From contig CM119371.1 in NCBI GenBank assembly GCA_051294905.1, positions 9,364,001-9,428,000 of the forward strand: a DNA stretch of 64,000 bases, written 5' to 3'. The position numbers and the translations under genes were made by a program. This DNA is from Botryllus schlosseri (taxonomy: Eukaryota). The notes under the pieces were generated by a model. The model did not search any database and was not told the origin of the DNA. It saw nothing but the letters and a program-made list of their open reading frames with translations. This document shows, piece after piece, positions 38,200-50,300 of this stretch; position 1 is the first letter of the stretch; every line of letters begins with the position of its first letter.

Positions 38200-39962
38200 C
38201 CTGTGGTATTGAGCAGGATAAGGCTACGCTTTCCGTATAGCTAAATGTATAACTAGTAAAAACTCACTTTCATATCGCAATACCTTCGGGATCAGTAGAT
38301 CCATAAGTATAGGCCATAGTTGTTGTCTGCGATACGCTATTTGCTAAATGGTACGAAACTTAAAAGCTATAGGTGTCGATGCATCCTCTATTCAGGCGTT
38401 CGAAGATACACCTCTCATGCCAGTTACACCTAATAAAACAAAAGTTTATCTATCGGAGTTTGACACGGATACACGCGGTTTAGGTAGCTCACAGCAGTCT
38501 CGATGCCGGATTACTTTCGACCAGGGCGCGCGAATTACGGTCAACGAAAGCTGCAGGATACGTTGTAAAAATACTGACCAAATTGGTACTAAAAATCATA
38601 TTACTATGGTTACTTCATAAAACTTTTTCCTAATATATTTCAAATGATAATGATATGTTATATTCTCACCAACGTATATTTTTATTTTAATAGCCCGACC
38701 TCGAGGCCCATACATCTTAAAAGGTTTCAACTGCTAAGCGTCACATAAATTAAAACGTAAATGACTAATTCAGACCACGAGTTTGGTTTAAGATTGGCAA
38801 CACGAGCAAGTTCACTACGTTTAGTGCTGTACTTGGAAAAACGATTCGCGAGTGCATGGGTTGAATAGATTGGTTCTCTGCATGTGTAAAGGTATTTATT
38901 TTTATGATATTTATATATCGTAGAAGTGCATTAAAAGATAACATGGTTTCGATGCTGTCAGCATTGCGTGTCCTGGAGTTAAATCAAAAGTACAATCGAC
39001 AAATCCACAAGCAGGTCATTGCTCACAGACTAATATTTACATTAAGTTCTAGGTATCTGGACAGCCGACTCTCATCCCTAATTTTGACAATCAGGACGAC
39101 CAGGTTATAAAGTGGCTTCGATGTTTCTGATGCGTGCACGTTATCATCGAATTCATATCTGATTTGTTTTAAATATACAAATACATACATTTCCATGCCG
39201 TCGGTCATTATATCATCAAATAACAATATTGAATTTTGGCTCAGTATCCCAATTTTATATAGTGTGTCCGGCGAATGGATTTAAATTTTGAATGCGGACC
39301 GCGTGCTAAAACATTTGCCAGACCCTGGTTTAGACCAGGGTTTCCAACGCGGTGCTCACAGGCTATCGGTAACCCGAGAAAACCAAATGAGTCGCCAGTG
39401 GTCGCTGCATAAAATATATAAATGAGAGATTTGAAAGTCGAAGCTGTGAAGGGTTTTATATGAGCAGTAGCTGAATATAGGTCAGCCAACCCTAAGGAAC
39501 ATACGAACGTAGTTTTCGATCGGAGCGTTGCCCGTCTCCGTCCTCGCAGAGGATTGACGGGAATCTAGTTAATATTACCGAGTTTTCGCGCGGAGATTGT
39601 CGCTTCGGCGCGCAGTGCGTCAACGCAACCGAGCCGGCCAATTATTTTGTTCCTAATGAGGGGCGGAAACCCTGCCCACTGCTCTAAATGTCTATAGGTG
39701 AAGAAATCCATCTGAGCTCGGATAAACGGTGGGAGTAACTGGTTGCCTGTCGCAATAATCAGTACACAAGAAGTGGCTCTTGGTTTCAAAAAGGTTGGTG
39801 ACCCCTGCTCTTGACAGTTTTCACTATAACTGTTTCTACTGGGCATTATATGAAAGTAGCTATAATTGCAAGGTTTCAACGTCTTCGATCTTGAAAGGTT
39901 TTCAGTGGCTCCTAACCGGGGTTCCCAGAGCTAGTCTCAGGGTCTCCGCAGGAGGTCGAGAC

Positions 39963-41732
39963 TAGGGTTGGGACTTCGGGATTAGATTTGAAATCCCGGG
40001 ATCGGGATTTCCCGGGATTTTCGCTTTTCAATCCCGGGATTTCCCGGGATTAGCAAATTAGTAAAATGCACACACAAGCTACACAACAACATTTATTCCT
40101 TGTAATATTGACGCAAAAACATGCTCCCGTGAATACGAATCAAATCCAGCGATCAAAAGCCACTCGGATAATGAGCGCTTAAATTCATTTACCGCCTGTG
40201 TCGTGTAGAAGTTGATTCGTCAAACGTGATCGAAAAACGTCAGTTATTCGTTTCATTGCTATAAGCTCTTCTTCCATACACTTGCCGATTTTTTGCTGTG
40301 CTTTATGACCAAGTCCCGAACCCGTTTGTGACATCTTGGCAAGTCATGGCCGTGAGCCTTGAAGGCCCGATGAATTCATTGAATTTGGGAAACTTGAGTA
40401 AATGTTAGCCCACCCACAGCAGTTAACTGGTTAAGAAGTTCATTGAGGCGAAGCTTATGCGATTTATAAAAGGAATCGAACTTCCCGATCTTCATTTTTG
40501 GCTGATCTTTCTTTGACATGTCCGATTGAGTCATGCATGATTTAATTACTATCATGCGTACGGACCTTAAATGCGTTTTTGCTGGACCCTGAAGCTTTCA
40601 AAACGTATTGGCAAAAGATGCATTTGGCTTTTTCTGTAGATTTGCAAAACAAAAAGCTTTGCAACGCATCTAATTTTCTCATCGCACTGACATCTTCGAA
40701 ATTCGCTATTATCCCGACTTGTATTTCACGCCACAGCACCGTGTTGTAACGCTCTGATACTGCTACGATCCGCAGACTACGACGGAGGTGATTGCGTATT
40801 TCATTTCTATGCCATAGTTGATTTTAATATCACATAATGGTGAATTGTTTTAGACCAGGGGTGGCCAACCTTTTCGGCCGAAGGGCCACATACAAGCGAC
40901 GAACCATTGCGCGGGCGACTATCCGCGCGAAGTGCGAAAATTCTTGAAAGTTTATAGGTCAACAATAGGTCAATAATATTGTTACTTGAGCATATTGCGG
41001 GACTGCTGTATATCGCTGGACTCACTTCGCAAGGACTGGCCTATTCGGCGCCTGGGCATCTCGATATCGAAAGCTTTGACCAACATGCGTCAATCATTTT
41101 GTGCCTAGGTTTCATCGTCGACGGTCTTTCTGCGAGCGCAAACGCAAGGTCGCGTGTTGGGCGACGCTTTCTCTCGTAATTGCGAATACAGAAATATGTA
41201 CTCAATCTGGTACATTAGGCGTTCTTTCATTTTCAGGAGGGGGTAACAATATTAAAAGCAAGAAATCGAGTGAGAACATATTGCGGGAATCGTGAAGATA
41301 ATTCCGCCGCAGAATATTCTGCTTCATTGTAATGAACGAAGATCTACCAAAAATGTCACTGGCCTATGGGTCTGCCAATGCGTCGGAACTGATATTCTAG
41401 TCGTCACATCCCAAGTGTTGCGGCCACAAAATCTAATTTTTGGTTGGCTTTGCAAGTTCACAATCTGGGCCATCCATTTTTGATAACATTACTAGTTTCG
41501 AAACTAACCTCGCGGGCCACTCAAAACCTTCTCGCGGGTTGGCCGGCCCTGTTTTAGACTATCAGCCGAGTTTGTGACACTGTTTTATTACCAAAATAAG
41601 AGACATTGCGCTACGAAAGTCTTGGTACGTGATGTTTTCAAATCCCGGGATTTCATTGGGATTAATCCCGGGATCGGGATTGCTTCAAATCCCGGGATCC
41701 CGGGATCGGGATTTCGCGGGGTCCCAACACTA
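39963..41732 (-). mobile_element. Deleted hAT transposon (ATCCCGGGAT subterminal repeats) with BED-finger and catalytic-region remnants
   Basis: TIR tagggttgggac / gtcccaacacta. Perfect TSD gtcgagac (39955-39962, 41733-41740). 40542-40739(-) encodes KAKCIFCQYVLKASGSS (BED-like). ~40120-40240(-) encodes FSITFDEST...LGFIRIHGSM-like sequence. Confidence 0.92.
40856..41551 (+). mobile_element. Buster/Charlie-type hAT MITE nested in 39963-41732
   Basis: TIR caggggtggccaacc / ggttggccggccctg. Perfect TSD ttttagac. Ends related to 14416-15002. Confidence 0.9.
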
Positions 41733-42375
41733 GTCGAGACACGCATCCAACTCATGCATATGATTGATGATAACACGTTTGTCTTGGCCGTCATTGGGTG
41801 CAGGGAATTGGGCGCTATCAAATTGGAATTCTGTGGAGGTATGTCGTATGCAGTGGCATAATTATGGAGGGTTGGGATTCGATATCGAAACCTGGAACGC
41901 CGGATCTATATCCAATACCTAATAGTTGATTAGTATGGCGATTTTATTTTCCGAAAAAACGAAAGATTTTACCTAACAAATTTGCCCTCACGTATGTAAA
42001 TCACGTGTTTCCGCACATAATGTTGGTATTGTATTACTTATCATCATTTCTGGTCGAAACTGTCTGTACCGACGAAGCAGTTTGGCATGAGAAAACTTTT
42101 CGACTTAGAAACTGACTAATTTGTACACGAAAATACTTTATTTTGACAAAATCTGGACCATGAGGAATTTCAGTGGTTACATCACGGATTATGGTAGAGA
42201 TAATTAAAATTTATTGTAGTACAAATACTTTCCTAAATTCTCGGGTAGAAAGTGTCTATCTACATTCTACACTAATTAGCTTGCCAAGAAAAGAATGGAA
42301 AAACAACGTTAAAAAGCTGCAGGTATTGGCTGGTAACACTGAAGCACACTGCTGTTGACATACTGCGTTGCTTTA

Positions 42376-42620
42376 GGGCAGCGAGATAGCGTAGTGGTAT
42401 GGTCCACGATTGCGACACCAATGGCTGGCGAGTTCGAGTCCCACTGGGGTCGACTCCAGAATTCTCATACGTATGTGTTGGAGGTTTATATAGGCTCCTT
42501 CCCGCCTAGAAGTGGGCCATGTTAAAAGCCGACAGATATGGAATCAAAATAAAGACAATCGACCTGGTATAAAAGACCATTAGTCGACAGACACCATGAA
42601 TGACACAAACAACAACAGCC
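42376..42620 (+). mobile_element. tRNA-derived SINE, apparently full length
   Basis: Pol III A box tagcgtagtgg and B box gttcgagtcc. (AAC)-rich tail. Flanking near-duplicate gcgttgcttta / gtgttgcttta. Confidence 0.88.
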
Positions 42621-43071
42621 GTGTTGCTTTATTCTGACAATGTGTGTCTACATCACAATTTTTCATGAAGCGCTTCTGGATATGAGAACCAATCTCCACG
42701 CGGTCTTCCTTCAGTTAGGATATTCCGATACGTTGAGCATAACATCATGTCAACCTATTTGTTTCATTTGATCGTTTATGATTCACAATGAGCAGACAAT
42801 GGACCGTATACAGTGGTAGGCCTATAAAGTATAGGCTGCAAGATGAAATATTTCAAATGATGAGCTTACCGACTGTACAGACAATACAGACGAAATGCAG
42901 GTTAGAAAATGTTTGACTTTGAAAAACATCGTTGGCTATTTTTTGACCCAACGCTACAATTTTGACAAAATTTTGACTTATTTTGACATGTCGAAAAAAA
43001 TCGCCCTATACTTATAATATAAGGTTGGTAGTAATACCGTGTGTAGCTGCTATATATGATACCATTTAATA

Positions 43072-43656
43072 CAGGGGTGGCTAACCTTTTCGGCCAAAGT
43101 GCCACATGAGATTTACGAACCATTGCGCGTTGATGACCTTTTTATAAGCCTCCCGATAGGAGCGAACCGGATTAGGTAACAGCGAAAACAATACTTATAT
43201 TGATACGCATGAAAATAATAACAATTATGATATGAAGAGTCGGTGTGCAACCACGAACTAACCATGCCCAGCGCGATTTTTTTTTCAAATTTAATGGATG
43301 AATTCGGTCATAATATTGATGCTTGCGTATATACTGCATGTACCGGTGGGCTCATTTGGCAAGGACAGGATTATTTGGCGCTTGGACTTATAGATATCGA
43401 AGATTTCCGATAATATGCGAAATATTGTAATTTATGGTCATAAACGACGATCTACGAAAAATGTGACTGCCCCTGGGTACGCCAATGCGTCGGAACTGAT
43501 ATTTTGGTCGTGAACATCCCAAATTTCGCGATGAAGCTAATGAAATTTATGTTATTTGGTTTTAGAAAATTATTTTTTTGATAATATAACTAATTTTAAG
43601 GATTACCCGGCGGGTCACGCAAAACCTTTTCACGGGTCACGGGTTGGCCGCCTCTG
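43072..43656 (+). mobile_element. Buster/Charlie-type hAT MITE, the same insertion event as 14416-15002 copied by segmental duplication
   Basis: Ends caggggtggctaacc / ggttggccgcctctg. TSD atttaata. Same flanks as the 14416 copy. Confidence 0.9.
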
Positions 43657-44441
43657 ATTTAATACATGTCACGACAGAATACCACATTGTGAAACAAAAT
43701 GATCGATGCGAATAATACTTTTATTTCTAGGGTCCCCGATTGGGCCACCTAAGGCCTAAAAACAAGAAACAGTGTACTGTATTCACGGGCTCAGGATCTC
43801 GTCTCTTCGCGATTGCCACCGGCACACTACAACCACAAACACAACACAAGTGTGTGGTTTATAGATAAGATGATATTCCCACGATACGGTATACTAGAAA
43901 CAGTGATGCTCACAAACTTGAACGGAAACTGACGACAAAATCCATACTATGCATACACATATCAACCAAACTCCAACAAAAATTATATCCACAATGGCAC
44001 ATTTCACACACACCAGCAGCATCCCTGTAATTTACAAGCGAGTATACGGAATCCCAACTAGGCACATCCCTCCCTAGACGCTCCAATAAGTATCTTCAGT
44101 GCCCAGGCCGTGTCCCAACCAATCTTTCCCCAAATAATCCAACAAGTATGTAATATGTATACAGCCAACTCAAGCTTTCAATACAAAACCATGAGCCTAC
44201 TGCTACTTCGCACATGAGAGTCACCTATTCCTACGGCTACTTCGCGGTAGTAGCTTACTTCCTATCCAGCCTAGCGACACCGTCAAACACATCCATCTCC
44301 ATGCAGTCAGGGTCTCGGTCAATGGACTTATGCGATTCCCAGGAAAACCCCTTGCAAGATAAATCATAAACGGAAAATACAGAACATTCGAAACACCCCG
44401 GCTTTCCACAAATTCAGCATATACTAATGTAGCGTAGCCAG

Positions 44442-46940
44442 CTGACTTGTACAAACTACCAGTGTTGGGATCAAGTCACTACCTTCGAGTCACGAGTCAT
44501 TTCGAGTCATTTTGACTCGAGTCAAGTCAAGTCAATCGATTTTCAGAGGTGACTCGAGTCAAGTCAAGTCACTCGATTTTTGAAGGTGACTCGAGTCAAG
44601 TCGAGTCAAGTCAAGTCAAGTCAAGTCACGAGTCAAGTCACAATTCAAGTCAATTTGCCTTTTTGATGTATGAGGCATGATTACGTCATTGCATTTTGCT
44701 AGCTGTTTGAAATACGAATTGAGTGGTCATTGATTCCAAACCGATGAACTAATATATAGTTGAATATACACTCAAGGCGTGTATAATACGAAGAACTGTA
44801 GAACTGGATTTGTAATTGCATAGCCTCAGTTTATAGTTACCATCCAACATAGAGCATAGAGAATAAAGAAACGAGTTGATAAGATGTAATATCATTTATA
44901 CATATTGATATGAAACAATTCGAGTCTGCGTCTATGGTTAAGGAGTATATTATAAACTATCGACTTCAATTTTGTTATGTTCGTGCATTTTACGTTGGTA
45001 TCGTTTATCTCTTATTTGTCTAGGATTAGTAATTACCGCCAATCATTATTTCCTCGTGTGTCGTGCTTGTATTTATACCCTTTGTGTTCTGTTCTCTGGG
45101 TCTTTCGTTTACCTGTACTCTGGATCGTGTCGCCTGTCTTAAAGTTATTCTGCTGATAATATACTGATTTCATATTACAACCTCGTCGTATTGAGTTATT
45201 GTTCAAACAAGATCAAGAACATAACAAATTTCAATAAAACAAGAGGTTTGGTTAAGGTAAAACAGAGAACAGAAATAGACATTTTGCAATTAAGGTACTT
45301 CACTACTAGTTTACGACCACGTAAGCTGTAAGTTTTGATCACTTCGTTTATGGTCGATTTATTTGTGATAGAGCAATGGAGGCTTAGTGAAACGCACGAT
45401 CATTGAATGATTGGTCGCTCTCATGGGTTGCACCAGCGATTCGCGAACAATACGAACATATGCAAGATACAGTGACTTTTATCGACACCGATTACTTGAT
45501 GACTTGAAATTGACTCGTGAATTTTGCTCCGAGTCACGAGTCAATCAACATTTCTGATACGCCGAGTCAAGTCAAGTCAAGTCATTTTAGCTATGTGACT
45601 CGAGTCAAGTCAAGTCATACGAAAAATGTGACTCGAGTCTGACTCGAGTCAAGTCCTGACTCGAGTCATCTCAACACTGCAAACTACCCAATTAGTTAGT
45701 TGACGATCAACTAAATAACGTTTGTTTTGTGTAGGTCTAGTTCTAGTTGCGGGGTTTGAAAAGCGAATACTTCTGGTTCTAGTTCCAGTTGCGGATTTTG
45801 AAAAGTGAGAAATTATAATTCTAGTTCTAGTTCCAGATTTTGAAAAATGAATAGTTGCTGTAAACGTAGTTGTAGTTACCGATTTTGAAAATTAAGTAAG
45901 TTCTAGTTGCGCATTTGAAAAAAATATTAGTAAACGAACAACTAGAAAACGCGAGTCGTCGTTAGGTGTGAATCGTGATACCAGTGTTCTGTTTTATGAT
46001 GTGTGCGCACTGTGCAGCCATTGCTACTTCAGAGACATCACCTTAACAGTGGCATAGCCAACGCGTGGGTTCTGGGGATTCGAGACATCCGTACTTTTGA
46101 AATATCGATTTTATTTCTATTGTACATATTTCCGATAAACTAAAAATTAATGAGTCGACACAAGGAAATTAATCTGTTCAGAATGAATCTTAACGATTGA
46201 TGACATAGGGACCCTAACGCAAATCCCCAAGCGTTCGGGTAATCCCTTATTTTCACTCAGTCGTAGTAATAATAAAAGTCTAGCACATTGCCAATCTAAC
46301 ACACATTCAATGTATTACTATGTGATACTGGCGTGCGAAATGCACTATGCATCAGCAGAATGTTGAACAAACGGAACCAATAAAAAAAGACTTTCACACA
46401 AAAGGAAAACATTATCATGAGTATTTATTGCATATCATTGCGACTTCAGCCGTGCTCCAGACACCAGCTTAGAAACTTGAGGCTTTGCTGCGGAAAGTTA
46501 GTCGCCATCGTGTTGTTAGGTGCGATACCAATTGCTTAATCATGAAATAGCTTGTAAAATGGGATATAGCATCGGTATTTTCTAATCAATTAAATATTTC
46601 GGACTCCAACCTCCGCCGCCTAGGCAGATGACAATAACTACCACTAAAACAGTAACAATTCGACTACTAACCGAGCCTCACTCTCTGCAACCAATGACGG
46701 CAAAGCCGACGTGTGATCACAAATAATATGCATGAGTTTAGTGTGTGTCGTAGCCTCCACGAATACTCTGAGTCTGGCTCACGAACTGGATCTACTTGGT
46801 TGTGATATAGTTGGCAAGTTGCTAAATTTTAAATCTCGTCAGTTTAAGTTCTAGTCCTAGTTGCGAGTTTTAAGAAGTGAGTAGTTCTAGTTCTAGTTTT
46901 AGTCGCGGATTTTAAAAATCCAATAGTTTGTACAAGTCTG
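44442..46940. mobile_element. hAT non-autonomous element with CTAGTTCTAGTT subterminal repeats, 110 bp downstream of the F-box copy 2 stop
   Basis: TIR ctgacttgtacaaact / agtttgtacaagtctg. Perfect TSD gtagccag (44434-44441, 46941-46948). Paralogous copies at 60993-62170 and, with both ends deleted, at ~15540-18010. Confidence 0.9.
44460..45679. mobile_element. hAT MITE (GACTCGAGTC family) inserted at the inner edge of the left TIR of 44442-46940
   Basis: Ends cagtgttgggatc / catctcaacactg. Perfect TSD caaactac. Empty site at ~61003-61010. Confidence 0.93.
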
Positions 46941-47050
46941 GTAGCCAGCAGTGCACCGACTGCGGCAACGCTATACCTCAAATCAAATACATATTCAATT
47001 AGGCTACAATATGTGATGCAGTTCTAGCAGTACGGAGCACATTGACGATA

Positions 47051-48994
47051 TCACGATCCGACCAAGAAGTCAAATGGACTGCAGGCAGCAACCTGAGACT
47101 CCGTAGAGCACCGATAGTACCAAAGGTCGACATCATCTTTTATAGGTGCATTCCAGTAGTACCACGATATGACAATATTCCGCCCTTTTCTACGCATTTG
47201 TCCTACAAAATCGGTGATAGCCAAACGAGCAGGAAGTTCTTCTACCCAGAAAAACGGAATAAAAAGCACTTGGAGTTTATGACAATTGTTGAAGAGTGTG
47301 TCTACGACTCGGGAGATTTGGGGGACAACCATACTGTTCGCATCATCGCACTGGAAAGATATCCACCGCAATTGCTTGCACTGGGACAAGTGGTCGGGCA
47401 AAACTTTTGATAAATCCAATAGATCATGTCCGAGTTGGAGGTTAATGAGATGCGGTATCGTCTGTAAACACTTGGTAAATTCCGTATATTCACCAGTACT
47501 ATGCCAGCCAACGTCAACAAGCACCAATGATCTTAACTTGTGCAGAACCAGAAATATTTTTTCCAATTGTTCAATACCTTCCAACCCGATTCCGCGAATA
47601 GCCAGGTGCTCAAGTTTTGACAAGTTCGCAATACAGGTTAAATCCTTGGTGTCGATATGGATCCAAGATTCATAGGGACCTTCCAATTCCAATTTCGCCA
47701 AATTCGGAAAGATGGACACTAAATCGTCGAAAAAAGTGGTTCTTCCACGTGGAAACCTAAACGCCGAACATTTAGAGTACGAGGACGTGGGGTTCGAATG
47801 TGATCGATTACGCATTGTTTCATTAACACAAATAGCCAAGCCCCGTAATTGTTTCAGATTTTTCGTAGCGTCCAAGAACTTAAATAGGTGTAGCGAATAG
47901 CCTAGCAAATTGAGCTCCACTACATTCGTGAATGAGCCGAGTCTTTGGTATAGTTTTGGAGGGGTGTCCGATCTCTGATTATAAAACCTCCCAATGTCTA
48001 AATGGGTCAATTGCGGCATTTCGCATTGTAAAAGTATACCTGTGATAGTATTGTTTAAACACTCAAAACTGTTGTTTTCCACTGATGGAGACACAGAGAG
48101 ACATTCAAGAGCTGGCAGTGATGAGGGGAAAGACGCCCCATCACATTGGCAAGGTCCTCCATTGCCCCCATCCCAAGTTCCAACAGGAAGAGATATAAAT
48201 ACAATCCCATTCAAATTCATTTTGTTGTTATCCTTTGGAATGCGATGCAATCCGAAATTTCCCAGCATATTCACAGTTTCAATATACCATTGTTGCTGTG
48301 GACCTCCCGTAGATACGATATCGTCTGGATATATTGAATACTTGGTCATTTCATGAAGTGTATGCCGTGATGGTTCACTTATAAATGAGTAACCTCTCAT
48401 GTTACGTATTGAAACTGAGTGTGATTCCTCATGACAGCAAAGCTTGAAGAACTGGTCGAAATTGTTTGCTTTGTTGGTTTTTCCTCGACCAGCATTAACG
48501 AAATCGATGTGAAGAATTTTCAATTGCAGGATCTGATCCTCCACGTCGGTAACGAACTCCGACAATGTATTCCCCGACATTAACAAGCTCAGATTTTGAA
48601 GGCATGGGGTTCGCCGTAATAGAGCAGTCAACTGGCTGGCGTTGAGATGGAGACCGGTCAAGTCCAGCGTCTCAAGAAGATTTAGTATCGGTAGATTTGT
48701 GAAGAAGGACTTCGAGAACCAAGAGCAATTTCGAAAGCACAGTCGCTTGATGACATTTTTTGCTCTTGTTACCGTTGTTTTACATAATTCCTCCGATATA
48801 AAGACACAATTCGTGAAATCCAATCTTCCATTCAATTCCGCTTCACCACACAGGCAGTAAAACATTTTGCTTACTAATTGTACATGCTGTATACGTTGTT
48901 CCAAGGGTATATATTTCAATACTTCTAGCCACATATACCGTGGAAGCGTTTCCACATTGAAATAGTCAGACATTGATGCATCCATTTCAGCCAT
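47051..48994 (-). CDS. F-box/LRR-repeat protein, FBXL18-like, copy 2 (647 aa, uninterrupted ORF)
   Basis: Colinear paralogue of 18110-20092 from start to stop, with intact F-box and LRRs. Confidence 0.9.
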   Translation of the reverse strand: MAEMDASMSDYFNVETLPRYMWLEVLKYIPLEQRIQHVQLVSKMFYCLCGEAELNGRLDFTNCVFISEELCKTTVTRAKNVIKRLCFRNCSWFSKSFFTNLPILNLLETLDLTGLHLNASQLTALLRRTPCLQNLSLLMSGNTLSEFVTDVEDQILQLKILHIDFVNAGRGKTNKANNFDQFFKLCCHEESHSVSIRNMRGYSFISEPSRHTLHEMTKYSIYPDDIVSTGGPQQQWYIETVNMLGNFGLHRIPKDNNKMNLNGIVFISLPVGTWDGGNGGPCQCDGASFPSSLPALECLSVSPSVENNSFECLNNTITGILLQCEMPQLTHLDIGRFYNQRSDTPPKLYQRLGSFTNVVELNLLGYSLHLFKFLDATKNLKQLRGLAICVNETMRNRSHSNPTSSYSKCSAFRFPRGRTTFFDDLVSIFPNLAKLELEGPYESWIHIDTKDLTCIANLSKLEHLAIRGIGLEGIEQLEKIFLVLHKLRSLVLVDVGWHSTGEYTEFTKCLQTIPHLINLQLGHDLLDLSKVLPDHLSQCKQLRWISFQCDDANSMVVPQISRVVDTLFNNCHKLQVLFIPFFWVEELPARLAITDFVGQMRRKGRNIVISWYYWNAPIKDDVDLWYYRCSTESQVAACSPFDFLVGS

Positions 48995-49505
48995 GTTCGA
49001 TAGATGTTTTTTATCAGTATATAAGGGTAATATTAACCAATTTAAAATTGGTATTACTCCTGAACTATTGTAACTGTAACAAATATTGAATCATAAGCTG
49101 GAATAAAAGTGGCCCTTTGTGCCAGAGTTTTAATTATCTTCACTGCATTTCCTGGAATTAGGTCTATCTAACAATAGATTTCAATTTTTTATGGAGGTAA
49201 CAAGGGAAGCATGTAGTAATAGATCACAATCAGGCATTTTGGAACATTTGAATATACCAGCGGGGTCGCGATATGGTGCGAACGTGCAACATTCCTGACC
49301 AACCTTACCCAACGGCCTCAAAGCGACACAATGGGACTATAAAATTTTTACAATTGCGAAAATAGTTAGAGTCATTTTCTAAGCTAAGATTACATTTTAA
49401 AAGAAATTGTGGTGGGAGAAGCGAAGCACGAAGACAAATTCCAAGTTAAATAGGTAGCCCCGCACGTATTGACGGGTTTGAGGTGCGACAAATATGGCCG
49501 CACAA

Positions 49506-50300
49506 CAAGGGTGGGCAACCTGCGGCCGTCGACACTTAATTCAATCAGTATGAGCTGGCGGCTGTCGACATGCAAATTTCATTTTCGAATTGACTCCCGA
49601 ATATTTGAGAGATTTCAATTATTCTTGAATTTTTCTCGCGCTGCTTCCTTTTTCAATTTTAATATAGTAGCGCCCTTTGTAATCTGTGCCTCACAGAGCG
49701 GATGCGAACAGCACAGGAAATGATGCTCCCCGAAGAAAAATACTAACTCGGAATCATGTGCTCCTCACGAAAGTAATTGGTTTCCGGTAATTTCTGGTAA
49801 TTGGTTTCTGGTTCTGGCGATTCCAATATCTTTCTACTATTGCGAATATCCTGTGGGGAGGTCAAGAAATAACAGCATGCAGCTAAGTGACTAATAGCAA
49901 TTGGCCCACTCAAGGATGGATCACCCATTAACTTGCCCAAAATTTTCGAAAACACCCCCTCCATCAACTCGACCGGTGAATCTGATCACATGGGATGAGT
50001 AAGGATAAATCTTAGATGTTGATATGTGAAACTACTAATATTATTGACGAAATTGATTCGTGGATCTGTTATTATTTTCGCGCTTCGCGCGACCACACAC
50101 GTTCCCGTATCATGATCACTCGCGATTTCAGTGCGTATAGTAACCGGTATGAATAGCTAGATTAGTCTGGAGTTCAGCAGGAATTTACATGGACGGTTTA
50201 ATATGGATATTTGGCGTTCAGCTAGTTCATTACAACTATACCATGGAATGCGGCCGCATACTACATGAGTAATCGAAATGCGGCCGTTAATAAACCCTTT
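49506..50300 (+). mobile_element. hAT MITE (CAGGGGTGGGCAACCTGCGGCCG family), right end eroded
   Basis: Starts caagggtgggcaacctgcggccg. Reverse complement of ~59400-60005 and 13720-14167. Confidence 0.65.

Noticed and set aside
42376..42450. tRNA gene
   Set aside because: It has A/B boxes but continues into a body and tail shared with two other copies and has a flanking duplication, so it is a SINE head.
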